NCBI GenBank assembly: GCA_030390025.1
Contig: CM059429.1
Coordinates: 37,510,001 to 37,574,000 of the forward strand
DNA length: 64,000 nucleotides
Direction of reading: 5' to 3'
Source of the DNA: Squalus acanthias
Taxonomy: Eukaryota
The notes under the pieces were generated by a model, which saw only the letters and a list, made by a program, of their open reading frames with translations, had not been told where the DNA came from and did not search any database. Positions 1 through 12,178 of the stretch are shown piece after piece. Every line of letters begins with the position of its first letter. Position 1 is the first letter of the stretch. The position numbers were made by a program, and so were the translations under genes.

Positions 1-3000
1 TTAATATAGGCAGAGAAAAAAAATGAGCACACTTTGGACATAGTGTAGTAAAATAATACACTTTAGTGTAAAAGAGGGCCTTAGGACCAACATCAGGGAC
101 TTAAAAGCCATTTCAAATGTAGGCTCACAAGATGTATTAAGCATCATAAGTAAACCACTGCCGGATCTACCATATGTTTGCTGTAAAAAGTAATATGCTG
201 TATCCTTTGTTTTATGGTCTAAACTTGATATTCCATTTGACCAGGGGCTGCCTCCTGTATAGTATCCATATCACTTTTCCCAACTCTTTAAGGTCCTATA
301 AAACTATGTAATGGAAAAGTACCCTAACATGACTGTGAATTTCTGTAATTGTTCATTCATATTCTTACACTGTTTAAAAGTTAATAAAAGTTACAACTAT
401 TATCATCATCAAATGTGTGTGGTACCTATATCTATATAGATAGGAATACTTTCACTCCAAGGAAAATCTTATTCCATCTCATTTATTCACTTGCTACTGG
501 TGTTCCAAGTCATATTTTCTCTCTATCCAGGCATATGAATTGGTGAAAAGCACACAGTTGGAAGCATTATTCTGATTTTAGTTCATTCATGAAAAGCTGG
601 GATTCAAACTGAGCCTGTTTTTGCTTTTCTTACTTTTTAATATCCAAGCCTGTCACCACTCATTGGGACAGCACCTAGCAGCACTAAAGGACCATATCCT
701 GCCTGCAGTGTTATTTCGATTAATTTTGTTTCATTAGATTCTACAGGAAAAGTAATCATTAGTCACTACTTTTCTGAAACTACGGATCATTTGGAGCAAT
801 TATTCATCATGCAACCTTCTCCACTGCAGCACTTCTAATAAAGGAGGCAGCTTAGCTATGATGCTCTTCATGGCTGAATAGCCCATTGACACTCATTGTC
901 TAGGTTCACAAATCAAGAATGCCACTTGGACAAAATGCCAGAGGGCTGCAATGCCCATAAAATCATGCTCTACCTGGAGTCAATCACCTAGAGCCTTCAG
1001 AAGAGGAGAGGTGAAAAGGAAAAAAGACTTGAGAAAAATAACATTAATGCCCATGACTGGCAGGTGATACTGAACAGCCAAGAACAAAATTACAGGAGTG
1101 GCTGAGGGCTGTTCATACACAATTTGATATGACGGAGACAGAGAGTGCATCATTTGCAATCCAAAAAGGATAGACAGAGATTTTAGCTCACGGAGTTAGG
1201 AAACATAGTTAGTGAACTGAGTTCAGTACATAAACAAGCAAGCTAGAAGGTGTTCCCTTTCTCCAGTGTCCCCATGGTAGGTGTCCTGATTTGATATTTT
1301 TTAAATGGAGGGAACACTAAACAATTCTGAAATTCTGTAAGTTATTGGTTGGTGAAAAGAATGTGCTAAACATGGACACACATTGCAATATGAATTGTCA
1401 GTTAAGAGGATGTAACAAAGATACAACAGGAGACAACAATCAATAAGGGAATTAATGGCTATACTGCAGTCTTGTCTGATTAGAACAAACTTTTCTTTTA
1501 GGTTCCTCTGTGAGGTGCCATTTCCTGTCTGGCAGAATCCCAGAACTCTGCCTATTCTGTTCCGTAAGTGGCTACTAAGAGATGTGTGGAAGCTACCCAG
1601 GCTGACATATGTCCAATTTTCCTTTGCTCTGGAGAAGTACCTAACCATTGCTTGTCAACTCTTCCAAGTAATATTGGGATCTAGGGCATAATTTGTTGAG
1701 AATAAACACATCTGTCCTAGACCAATGACATGAGTGGCCAAGACGGAGTCATGCCATCATGTGGAGCAGTAGAAAAACCCACATCTCTGAATCATATCAT
1801 TCTGCATGGATAATAAAACTATATATATGCCAGTCTAGTGCATGCACAGATAAAGACATAGATGCAACTGCAAGCCCCCATAGGACCCAAGTGAGGAGAA
1901 CAGACAGTGAAGAATCAGTAAGTGTTTGCGCAAATGCTGCTGTGTAATGAAACCTGAGATGTTACTTCATTTCTGGTATTTTGCCAAGTTGCTGTTTATT
2001 TCTGTATTGTTTAATGGGGTATCTTTGAATGACATTGTATTCTTGTGTGAGATGTTCTGGGAATTCTTATGTTTTATTGGTAAATGGCGTAGAGTTTTTA
2101 GTGAAGGTAATGGGCTTTTCTGGGACACATGATTTCTCCAGTTTTTGGCAGATGGGTTTCACTTTGCAATTTATAAGGAATAGTGGGTGTGGCTTTTTTG
2201 TGAAACCATGTGTTTTTTCTTGCAGAATTGTTTAGGAGGCTTTTCTGTGGAACTGTGTAGAGGACTTCTGTTTTGGATTACAGGAGGGGGAAGGGGAGCT
2301 CAGGACCATGTTGTTAAGGGATTTCTTTTGTGCTGTTGAGCACTGCGTCTCTGAGAGGAATGGGAATATGGTTTGTACAGTTTTGGATTAAAATGTACGG
2401 CTAATCATTATGGGGTGGGGAGGAGGAGAATATTTCCTTGTCTGATGTCCCAGATGCATAAATGCAACGCTCTTGGGAGCTCAATTTGTGGGGAAATAAA
2501 ACTGCAAACCATATCTTACCTCTGTGTTCATTACATCCAATTATTGCAACAAGTAGGATTGTCAAATAAACTCAATTTACAGTTAAAATAAATGTAATAA
2601 ACAAGACACATTTTGGTAAAACAGCTTAATGCTACAGACAAAAACAATGAATAAAACGGTCACAAAACAGATTCAGCCTTTGGAATGTCTCTGCTTTTTT
2701 ATTTAAAGAAATTGATATTTTGACACCGTTTTCTTGGTGGTGTTACCATTTCCAGCCCTCACACATTAACGTACAAGCAGTGTGGAGCAGCTTTTGGGAT
2801 TGCCATTTGATTTGTGAAACAAGACCCATAGGAATGATAAAGCCATTAGCAAAACACCACAATTTTAGAGCAGTGAGTTTATTTTATCCACCAGTCAAGC
2901 CCACAGCCTCCACAGGTGCTGTCGCTACCTTGGTCTTGATACAGATTGATGCTGGATGTTGTTAACATTCAGAAAGAATGTTGGTAATGGCCTAGTAATT

Positions 3001-3752
3001 ATCCCAAGGTCAATCCCTGCATGACCCATCATTACCTGCAAATCCTAAGTGCTCTTCTGGAATTCCTTTATGTACAGCATAAAACAACAAAGCCAAGGCT
3101 TCAATTGTAACATAAGAATGAACTTGGAAGTTTCTCTTTTTGTGTTGAAAAGAATAAGAAACATTTTCTAAATGAGCAGACTTGTACTTCAAGTGATGGA
3201 GCACTGGATACCCATTCACAGGGCCATGGTCAAATCTCAGCCCAAACTGTCATTCAACTTGGCTGTTCTGGATGGATGATCTTCATCAGTTCTCAGCCAG
3301 ACAACAAGCTGAGTAGCTCGTGAGTACTCCTTTTCAGAGAGAGGGAAAATGAATAAGGAAATGTGTCCCAAAGTGTTAAATATGCCTCCTGTTGGCCAAG
3401 AGAGGACGTTAATGAAGGGACCAAAAATGCTTGGCCCCAGCATCCTGGTGTAATTGCTGGAATGCATCCAGCTGTGACCTCCTGCATGACCCTGCCTATG
3501 TTTGCAGGATCAGAGTGAGGTTACCCAGTCTAAATACCCCAGGTAGCTGGCTACGCCACTAGGGGTGCATCTCAGGCACCTGCTACCTACGCAAAATGTG
3601 GTAGATTATGCCACGTCTGAGGGGTTCTGGGCTTTTTGCCAGAAAGGTATCATAAGTAAGGAAACCAATTTTTGTTTTGAATTACCTGCCATCTTTGAGG
3701 ATCTAGGCCACAATGCCAGTGCGCCCAACTTTGGCCAATCAGTGGGCAGGTA

Positions 3753-5386
3753 TGTGTAAAGTTTCACAATTATCGCGATTCGAAATAACAAGATAGAAGC
3801 AGATTCGTTTGATCAGTTTATTTAAACGAAATGCTGTCATGATATAAAGGACACAGAAGCCTGTAAAATGGCCGTCGCGCATCGTGGCAGAAGCTTCCAG
3901 AAGTACAGTGGGCAGACAAGATGGCGTTCGAATAAACATTTTCAATATAAGACGGGATCATACTCGATAAGTACTGATAAAGACAGGATGCAACCTGTTT
4001 GCATTTGTGACAATAGCAAAAGATATGAGTGCTGGAATCGTTTTCCATGCACAAGTAAGGACCATTGTACTGGGCAATCGAAGGCCCATCCAGACACATC
4101 AATACACAAATACCCCCACGGCTCTACAATGAGAGAGCCATTCTCGGGTGATTAAACAAGTATTTCGGGGGCCCCCAAAACCAGTCAGGGAGACGATTCA
4201 TATGATCCTGGCTGGGCCAACAATGGGGAAAACATTAACGGGTAGTTGGCCAGTCTCAGGTGCTACCGAAACCCGTTAAAGACAAGAATCACCCCATGCT
4301 GGGAGTTTTGAGCGCCAATATTTCACAAAGGACAAACATTAAGATTTGGGCGGGAGATAAGGGAACACAGCACTATAACTATAATGAACAAATGTCCATC
4401 GGTCTCTTGATTCGACTATTATTCTCCCAGCTGGCTCTTATCTCTGCGGACTCTTGACTCGGGCTGAACTTTTATTCTCCTATTCTGATCCTCGGGTATC
4501 GCTCTGCTGGACGAGCAGCCTTCTGTGTTTTTCTCTGAATTCTGTTGACTCTGGACTTTAGCCGCACTGGACGGTTATTCGAATGTTGGGTGGGGCTCAA
4601 TTGGAACGAGTCGCCTCGACGAAGGCCAGTGACCGGGTGCACCATCCCGAGAGTCGGTAAACGGTGTTTGGATCCGAAGGCCCAACAAGACAAGACGAAA
4701 TGACAAGAGAAGAAGAAGAATCCACGTACCGCCGCGGTCAGTAAACCCCAACCGCGCCCGAAAATATACGACCCATTTCTTGAACTCTACAGGTTACTGC
4801 ATGAACCGGTCAAAGACTCTTCTTTGAATTCTACTGACAACTGGTGTCGGTACAGGAAGACTTTTCTTTGAATTCTACAGCCGGGCCCGAGTGCTGTCGA
4901 GTTCTTCATGACAACGGGGAGCCCAGCCTGCTTGCCGCAGCAGCGAAGATAAACAAGTGGGGTACAGAGACCCCTCCAAACACGTCACAGTCAGGCGCTG
5001 CAGCGAAACGAGCCGAGTGCCTCACTTTAAAATTCTCTGAAGTATCACGAGTGGTGAGCATGTTTCCCGATCCTACAAATCTAGATGTAGTGTAGGTATT
5101 GATAGGGGAGGGTGGTTTTATTAAGGATAAAGTATAACGTGTTCCCCTTTTTACGATGTGCCGTGCGTTCTTCATTACCATAGACCAAGCTTTATGAATG
5201 TATGTATACTTGTACTCTCGTTAATTTGCGCTTATGACATGTACTTCATGATCTTGGACGCTATGCAATAAAGATTTTCCATTTCGTACTATTCAACCGG
5301 GTCTATTTGAGTTTTCTCTGCATTACTGCTCTTGCACCTAAGTCCAGTGTTAGAACCATAAGGGCGAGTGGGTCGAACCACTCACA
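3753..5386 (+). mobile_element. Probable solo LTR (Gypsy/ERV-type), 1.63 kb
   Basis: Begins TGTG and ends CACA; flanks GGTA/GGTG (4-bp TSD, 1 mismatch); visibly CpG-rich versus flanks; AATAAA at 5267-5272 near the 3' end; internal 44-bp-period repeats; no convincing ORF. Confidence 0.6.
4770..4878 (+). repeat. Three copies of a ~22-bp motif (AAGACTYTTCTTTGAATTCTAC) at 44-bp period
   Basis: Copies end at 4790, 4834 and 4878, separated by 22-nt diverged spacers; first copy more degenerate. Confidence 0.8.
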
Positions 5387-6819
5387 GGTGCTTATTGCAA
5401 CAAGGCTGGCCGGAGACCAGAGCAAGCAATAGTATTAGGCAACGAAGGCCTAACCTCGCACCAGCACCGACTGTGATACAAGCACGCCAAAACCCCTTAC
5501 ATATGGTATGTATGGTCACAGGGAATATTGATCACCGATGCTCTACTCTGAGGGGGAGCTCTGGAGTGAGATCAGAGTTAGATCACTTCGCAGTGATGCA
5601 AAAGGGACACTGAAACTTCACCGTAAATATTGACTTCTATCCTACTGGGATGCTATTGTATTGCATAGCAAGAGACCAAGTGAAATTATATGAGAACCAA
5701 AGCACATCAAGGCAAATCCAGAGCTGCTTCTGATTTTCATGAATAAAAGTTGTGTCTCTGCATTTTTGATGATCCCTGTAGTTAATTAATTCAAATGAAG
5801 GGGTCTAAGTCTTACATGGTGAAAAATCCTTTGAGTAAATGTTTTTCTTATGTCTGTCATACAGAACTAAATAACAGACTGCAAGGAACCCGTTCAGTCT
5901 CTGATCTGAGTTTTTTCTGATGTGTAGGACCACCAGTGGGCCATTATATAGGACAGGCAGGACTTTCCCAACTAATATTTTCAGCATTTCACGCGCTAAC
6001 AACAGAAACGCCCCCACCACAAATAATTCATACTTTGACCATTTGTTAGCCAACTGTCACTTTAAGCGCACTGGATTTTTTTTGCATATTATGCATGCCA
6101 GTCAACAAAATGCATCGTACTTCACAAAAACAATGAAATAATCATTTTTGTTGTTGTGGATAAGCACTATTCAAAGCCTACATCTGATAGCAGTAGTGAC
6201 AGCTCTGGAAACTGTAACCGGATTGTTTTGACATTCATAATCATATCTGTCATCAGCAAATGTCTGAATTCACAATAACATACAACACCTTGTTGTTACT
6301 TTGCATACATGCTTATTATTTGGAGAATCCATTACAAGTGCACACACATTGTAATGCCAAGTTTCACCAAAGCTTGGGGAATGTGATCGCCTGGGGCTGC
6401 CGAAGACTTCTGAGTGGGAGGCCCGGCACCTATTCCACTGATGGGTAACTAATTTTACACAGGGGTCCTTCAACAGGCTGTAGGCCCCTAATTAATATAT
6501 TCAAGGGGCCTAACACATGTTTTAGGTGGCTGTCCAAGACACTTTTAGCAGTGGGACCAACGCCTGTGCAGATTGGGCGCAGGCCACCCCACTGCTAATT
6601 TGGTATGCTTTGCGTCTATTTTACGCCCGAAAAACGGGTGTAACACTTACTAATTTCTACCCCTTTGCCTCTCCAATATGGACTGGTCTGTGGTGAACTA
6701 CCAGAATTTTGTGTTACTTAAATTGCATTATAATAGAAATCCCTGTCCTTCTCAAACTACAATAACAACTTGCATTACAGATTTGCTGCACATTCATAGT
6801 CAATGGGTGAATAATCTAA

Positions 6820-7210
6820 CCCAAAGTGAATGTACAGAGGACTGTAGAGAGGAGAAATGGAGAACAAGCAGTAGTACAAGAGTTACAGGAAATGATTGAA
6901 ATTATGGGTGAATACAGAGGTTTTGAGGAGGCTTTTAAAGGCAGAGAGAAGTCGGAAGGAAAAAGATTTTGGGAGGAAGTTCCAGACAGTAGAGCCAAGA
7001 TGGCTGAAAGCTCTGCCATCACTAATGGGAGGGAGGTGCATAAGAGATCGGATTCAGAAGATCTACAGGGCATGGAATGGGGCAGAGACTAAAGGAGGTT
7101 GCAAAGGTAAGTAAGGGTGAAGGGATCTGTAAACAAGGAGGATGATTTTGAATTCATGAATTGGAGGCAATGGAGAAACAATAGGGTCAGCAAGGACAGG
7201 CATGATGGGT
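6820..7210 (-). mobile_element. Old L2-like LINE 3' fragment
   Basis: Degenerate similarity to the L2 fragment at 7980-8553 (GGAAGTTCCAG...GAATTGGAGGCAATGGAG...ACAGGCATGATGGGTG). Confidence 0.5.
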
Positions 7211-7979
7211 GTATTATGCTAATGCTAATGCAGTACTGTCACTATATTACATCTCTTTATCATAGAATTCAAAAACACTAAATTATTTTGTTTGCAAGTA
7301 AGCCAAACTATTATGTACGCAGAGTTCACTTTGCATTTAAACATTTGAAAACTTTTGTTTAATCATGTATGAATTGAATATCCTTTGCAACTTGAAAGGC
7401 ACACGTGTTTTCAATCATAAAACATCTGCAAAAATGATTTTCTGTGAATTTCCCAGTGGAAAGGGTAATTACTGAACTGTTTGGGTCTGATTTTTATTGT
7501 GCTTGCAAACTTAAATTGTTGTTACACTGAATAATTCTGGTACTAAAGCACTTGAAATTGTTTTGGCCCCTTTCCTTTATCGTTGCACAAAAATGCATAA
7601 TATGACTATTTAAATGCACAGGTAACGACTTAAATAGCATTACTTTCAGAAAACAAGACTTTATGCAATTATTGGTTGACTTATTTTAAATTAAACATTA
7701 TGGGAGATATTTTCCTCTATATGTTAAATTTAACAAAAAGTAGACATTAGTTAAAAAAGAGCAAACCTGGTAGAAGGTTTTAATGGGTGTTTTATTGGTT
7801 TGTACTGTTATTCTTAGTCTTGCCCGTTAAGGCCTTACTAAAATCCTTTCTAAGTTACGAGAAACTTAGGCAGAGTTGAGCAGGGGAAGATAAACGAAAA
7901 GTGAGTTCTGATTCCAGGTCAGAGCTGGAGTTAGTGCCGTTAATGAAAGGCAAGATTTCAAATATATCGAAGAAAATGT

Positions 7980-8553
7980 CAACAACAACTTGCTTTTATA
8001 CAGCACCTTTAATGCAGTAAAATATCCCAAGGCCCTACTGGAAGCATTATCAAATAGAATTTGAGACAGAGCCACATTACGAGATATTAAGATAAGAGCT
8101 AAGTTTTAAGGAGTGTCTTAAAGGAGGAGAGACAGGTAAAGAGGTGGAGAGGTTTAAGGAAGGAATTCCAGAGCTTAGGTCCTAGGCAGTTGAAACCACG
8201 GCCGGCAATGGTGGAGTGAAGAAAATCAGAGATGTGCAAGAGACCAGAATTGGAGGAGTGCAGAGATCTCAGAGGGTTGTAGAGCTGGAGGAGGTTATAG
8301 AGATAGGGAGGGGAGAGGCCATGTTGGGATTTGAAAACAAGGATAAGAAATTTAACATCGAGGCGTTGCCAGACTGGGAGCCAATGTAGGTCAACGAGCA
8401 CAGGGGTGATGGGTGAACAGGACTTGGTGCGAGTTAGGATATGGGCAGCACAGCTTTAGATAAGCTCAAGTTTATGGAGGATGCAGGGTGGTAGGCCAGC
8501 TAGGAGAGCATTGGAATAGTCGAGTCTAGAGGTAACAAAAGTATGGATGAGGG
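7980..8553 (-). mobile_element. L2 LINE, 5'-truncated 3' fragment
   Basis: ORF 8099-8401 LHWLPVWQRLDVKFLILVFK...PPYL is the L2 ORF2 C-terminus; 3' tail GCTGTATAAAAGCAAG(TTG)n on the minus strand. Confidence 0.9.
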
Positions 8554-10451
8554 CTGGGTTTGGGTTTTTAGGTGTAAAGAAACCTGCTGTCCTTACCTGG
8601 TCTGGCCTATATGTGACTCCAGACCCACAACAATGTGATTAACTGCCTTCTGAAATGGCCTAGCAAGCCACTCAGTTGTATCAAGCCGCTACAACAAAGT
8701 ACAAGAAGAATAAAATCGGACGGACCACTCGGCTTCGATCTAGGCATCGGATTCATACACGACAATGGCACTGTCGACCCTGCAAAGTCCTCCTCACTAA
8801 CATCTGGGACTTGTGCCAAAATTGGGACAGCCTGACAGTCATACTCACAGAATCATACCTATCAGGCAACGCCCTAGACTCCTCTGTCACCAACCTCAAC
8901 GGAAGGACAGACCTACCAGAGGTGGAGGCACAGTGATATACAGTCAGGAGGGAGTGGCCCTGGGAGTCCTCAACATTGACTCCAGACCCTATGAAGTCTC
9001 ATGGCATCAGGTCAAACATGGACAAGGAAACCTCCTGCTGATTACCACCTCGCATAGCTGATGAATCACTACTCTTCCATGTTGAACACCACTTGGAGGG
9101 AGGAAGCACTGAGGGTAGCAAAGGCACAGAATATACACTGGGTGGGGGGTTTCAATGTCCATCACCAAGAGCGGCTCGGTAGCACCACTACTGACCGAGC
9201 CCTGAAGGACATAGCTGCCAGACTGGGCTTGCAGCAGGTGGCGAGAGAACCAACACGAGGGAAAAACCTACTTGACCTCATCCTCACCAATCTACCTGTC
9301 GCAGATACATCTCTGCATGACAGTATTGGTAGGAGTGACCGCCGCACAGTCCTTGTAGAGATGAAGTCCCATCTATACACTGAGGGCAACCTCCATCGTG
9401 TTGTGTGGCACTACCACCGTGCTAAATGGGATAGATTCTGAACAGATCTAGCAGCTCAAAACTGAGCATCCATGAGGCGCTGTGGGCCATCAGTAGCAGC
9501 AGAGCTATATTCCACCACAATCTGGAATGTCATGGCTCGGCACATTCCTCACTCTACCATTACCATCAAGCCGGTGACCATCCCTGGCTTAATGAGGAGT
9601 GCAGAAGAGCATGCCAGGAGCAGCACCAGGCATACTTAAAAATGAGGTGCCAACCTGGTGAAGCTACAACACAGGACTATATGTATGCTAAACAGCAGAA
9701 GCAGCATGCTATATAGAAAGAGCTAAGCGATCCCACAACCAACGGATCAGATCAAAGCTTTGCAGTCCTGCCACCTCCAGTCATGAATGGTGGTGGACAA
9801 TTAAACAACTAACATAAGGAAGCAGTTCTATGAATATCCACATCCTAAACAATGGCAAAGACCAGCATGAGTGCAAAAGACAAGGCTAAAGCGTTTGCAT
9901 CCATCTTCAGCCAGAAGTGCCAATTGGATGATCCATCTTGGCCTCCTTCTGAGGTCCCCACGATCACAGATAACAGTCTTCAGTCAACTCCATGTGATAT
10001 CAAGAAACGGCCGAGCACACTGGATACACCAAAGGCTATGGGACCTGACAACATCCTGGCTGTAGTGCTGAAGACCAGCGCTCCAAAACTAGCTGTGCCT
10101 CTAGCCAAGCTGTTCCATTACAGCTACAACACTGGCATCTATCCAACAAAATGGAAAATTGCCCCAAGTATGTCCTGTCCACAAAAAGCAGGACAAATCC
10201 AATCCAGCCAACTACTGCCCCATCAGTCTACTCTCAATCATCAGCAAACTGATGGAAGGCGTCATCAACAGAGCTATCAAGCAGCACTTACTCACCAACA
10301 ACCTGCTCACTGATGCTCAGTTTGGGTTCCACTAGGATCACTCAGCTCCAGACCTCATTACAGCCTTGGTCCAAACATGGACAAAAGAGCTGAATTCCAG
10401 AGGTGAGGTGAGAGTGACTGCCCTCGACATCAAGGCAGCATTTGACTGAGT

Positions 10452-11627
10452 GTGGCACCAAAGAGCCCCAGTAAAACTGAAGTAAATGAGGATCAGGGGG
10501 AAAACTCTCCACTGGCTGGAGTCATACCTACACCAAGGAAGATGGTTGTGGTTGTTGGAGGCCAATCATCTGAGCTCCAGGACATCACTGCAGGAGTTCC
10601 TCAGAGCAGTGTCCTAGGTGCAACCATCTTCAACTGCTTCATCAATGACCTTCCTTCCATCATAAGGTCAGAAGTGCGGATGTTCGCTGATGATTGTGCA
10701 GTGTTCAATTCCATTCGCAATTCCTCAGATAATGAAGCAGTCCATGCCCACATACAACAAGATCTGGACAACATTCAGGCTTGGGCTGATAAGTGGCAAG
10801 TAACATTCGCGCCACACAAGTGCCAGGCAATGACCATCTCCAACAAGAGAGCATCTAACCACCTCCCCTTGATATTCAATGGCATTACCATCGTCAAATC
10901 CCCACCATCAACTTCCTGGGGTGGGGGGGGGTTCACTATTGACCAGAAAAATAATTGGACTAGCCAAATAAATAATGTGGCTCCAAGAGCAGGTCAGAGG
11001 CTGGGCATTCTGTGGCGAGTGATTCACCTCCTGACCAATGTTCCCTCTTATTTTCTTTTTGGGTGCGCGGCCCCTTTAAGGGGCTGTGTGGCCCATTCAA
11101 AATACCGCACATGCACTGTTCTTTCGCATTGGATAGTCAGCAAGCTGGCTGCGCGGGAGGTCCCGAGAGCTGTGTGGCCACACAGCTTAAAGGGAACATT
11201 GCTCCTGACTCCCCAAAGCCTTTCCACCACCTACAAGGCACAAGTCAGAAGAGTGATGAAATACTCTCTACTTGCCTGGATGAGTGCAGCTCCAACAACA
11301 CTCAAGAAGCTCAACACTATCCCGGACAAAGCAATCCATTTGATCGGCACCCCATCCACCACCTTAAACATTCACTCCCTCTACCACTGGTGCAATGTGA
11401 CTGCGGTGTGTACCATCTACAAGATGCACTGCAGCAATTCAGCAAGGTTTCTTCGACAGCACCTCCCAAACCCACAACCTCTACCAGCTACAAGGACAAG
11501 GGCAGCAGGCGCATGGGAATGCAACCACCACCAAGTTCCCCTCCAAGTCACACACCATCCTGACTTGGAAATATTTTTGCCATTCCTTCAATGTTGCTGG
11601 GACAAAATTCTGGAACTCCCTACCTAA
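10452..11627 (+). pseudogene. LINE ORF2 reverse-transcriptase fragment carrying an in-frame MITE insertion
   Basis: GVPQSSVLGATIFNCFINDLP...MFADD; 58 foreign codons come from the MITE plus TSD at 11036-11209. Confidence 0.85.
11036..11201. mobile_element. hAT-type MITE, 166 bp
   Basis: TIRs CAATGTTCCCT...AGGGAACATTG; perfect 8-bp TSD CTCCTGAC (11028-11035, 11202-11209). Confidence 0.92.
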
Positions 11628-12040
11628 CATCACTTTGGGAGTATCTTCACCTCATGGACTGCAGCAGTTCAAGGTGGCGGCTCACCACCACCTTATCAAT
11701 GGCAACTAGGGATGGGCAATAAATGCTGGCCTTGCCAGCAACGCCCACATCCTGTGAATGAATTAGTAAAGATAAACTTTTTCATGTCAAAGTACTGAAA
11801 CTGTTAGTGGGAAAATGTCAAGTGAAGATTAGACCATTGCATTTAACTTTACATTCTTGGAAATGATTATCTGTACCCAGATGTGTCTCCATCTGCTGTA
11901 GTAAAAAGTCAATTCCATTGAAAACATTTGTTCTGTGGCTTTCAACAGCGTAATGTAACAAAGATGTAAATATTTCCGTCTTCGATTCACTGTCATCACA
12001 AGATCGGTTTTCTGTGGCATATAGAAAGTTAAGTAACAAT

Positions 12041-12178
12041 GGGGTAGACTTTCATTATCTCTGTCTGCATGTTAATCTGGCAGAATAGCTCACCCACCCC
12101 TTCAATGGAAATTAGGTGGGTTCCATAAAGGGTTCTGCCAGATTACCACCTAGTTGGTGAAGATGAAAATCTCTCCCC
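12041..12178. mobile_element. Short palindromic MITE (PIF/Harbinger-like)
   Basis: GGGGTAGACTTTCA...TGAAAATCTCTCCCC termini; internal inverted repeat TAATCTGGCAGAA/TTCTGCCAGATTA; central TTCAATGGAA. Confidence 0.7.

Larger units (their letters stand above)
8570..11763 (+). mobile_element. Near full-length CR1-group (Zenon-like) LINE with degraded ORF2 (APE endonuclease + RT)
   Basis: EN motifs LTNIW, ILTESYL, GGFNVHH, LDLILTN, GRSD; RT motifs GVPQSSVLG, FINDL, MFADD, YKAQVR; multiple stops and frameshifts; 3' end CACATCCTGTGAATGAAT; second copy at 61826-64000. Confidence 0.9.

Noticed and set aside
4770-4878. CRISPR array
   Set aside because: Only three short, non-palindromic repeats; spacers resemble each other; no cas genes; vertebrate context.
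10452-11627. Novel 391-aa protein
   Set aside because: Chimera of a LINE RT frame, a MITE insertion and frameshifted ends.
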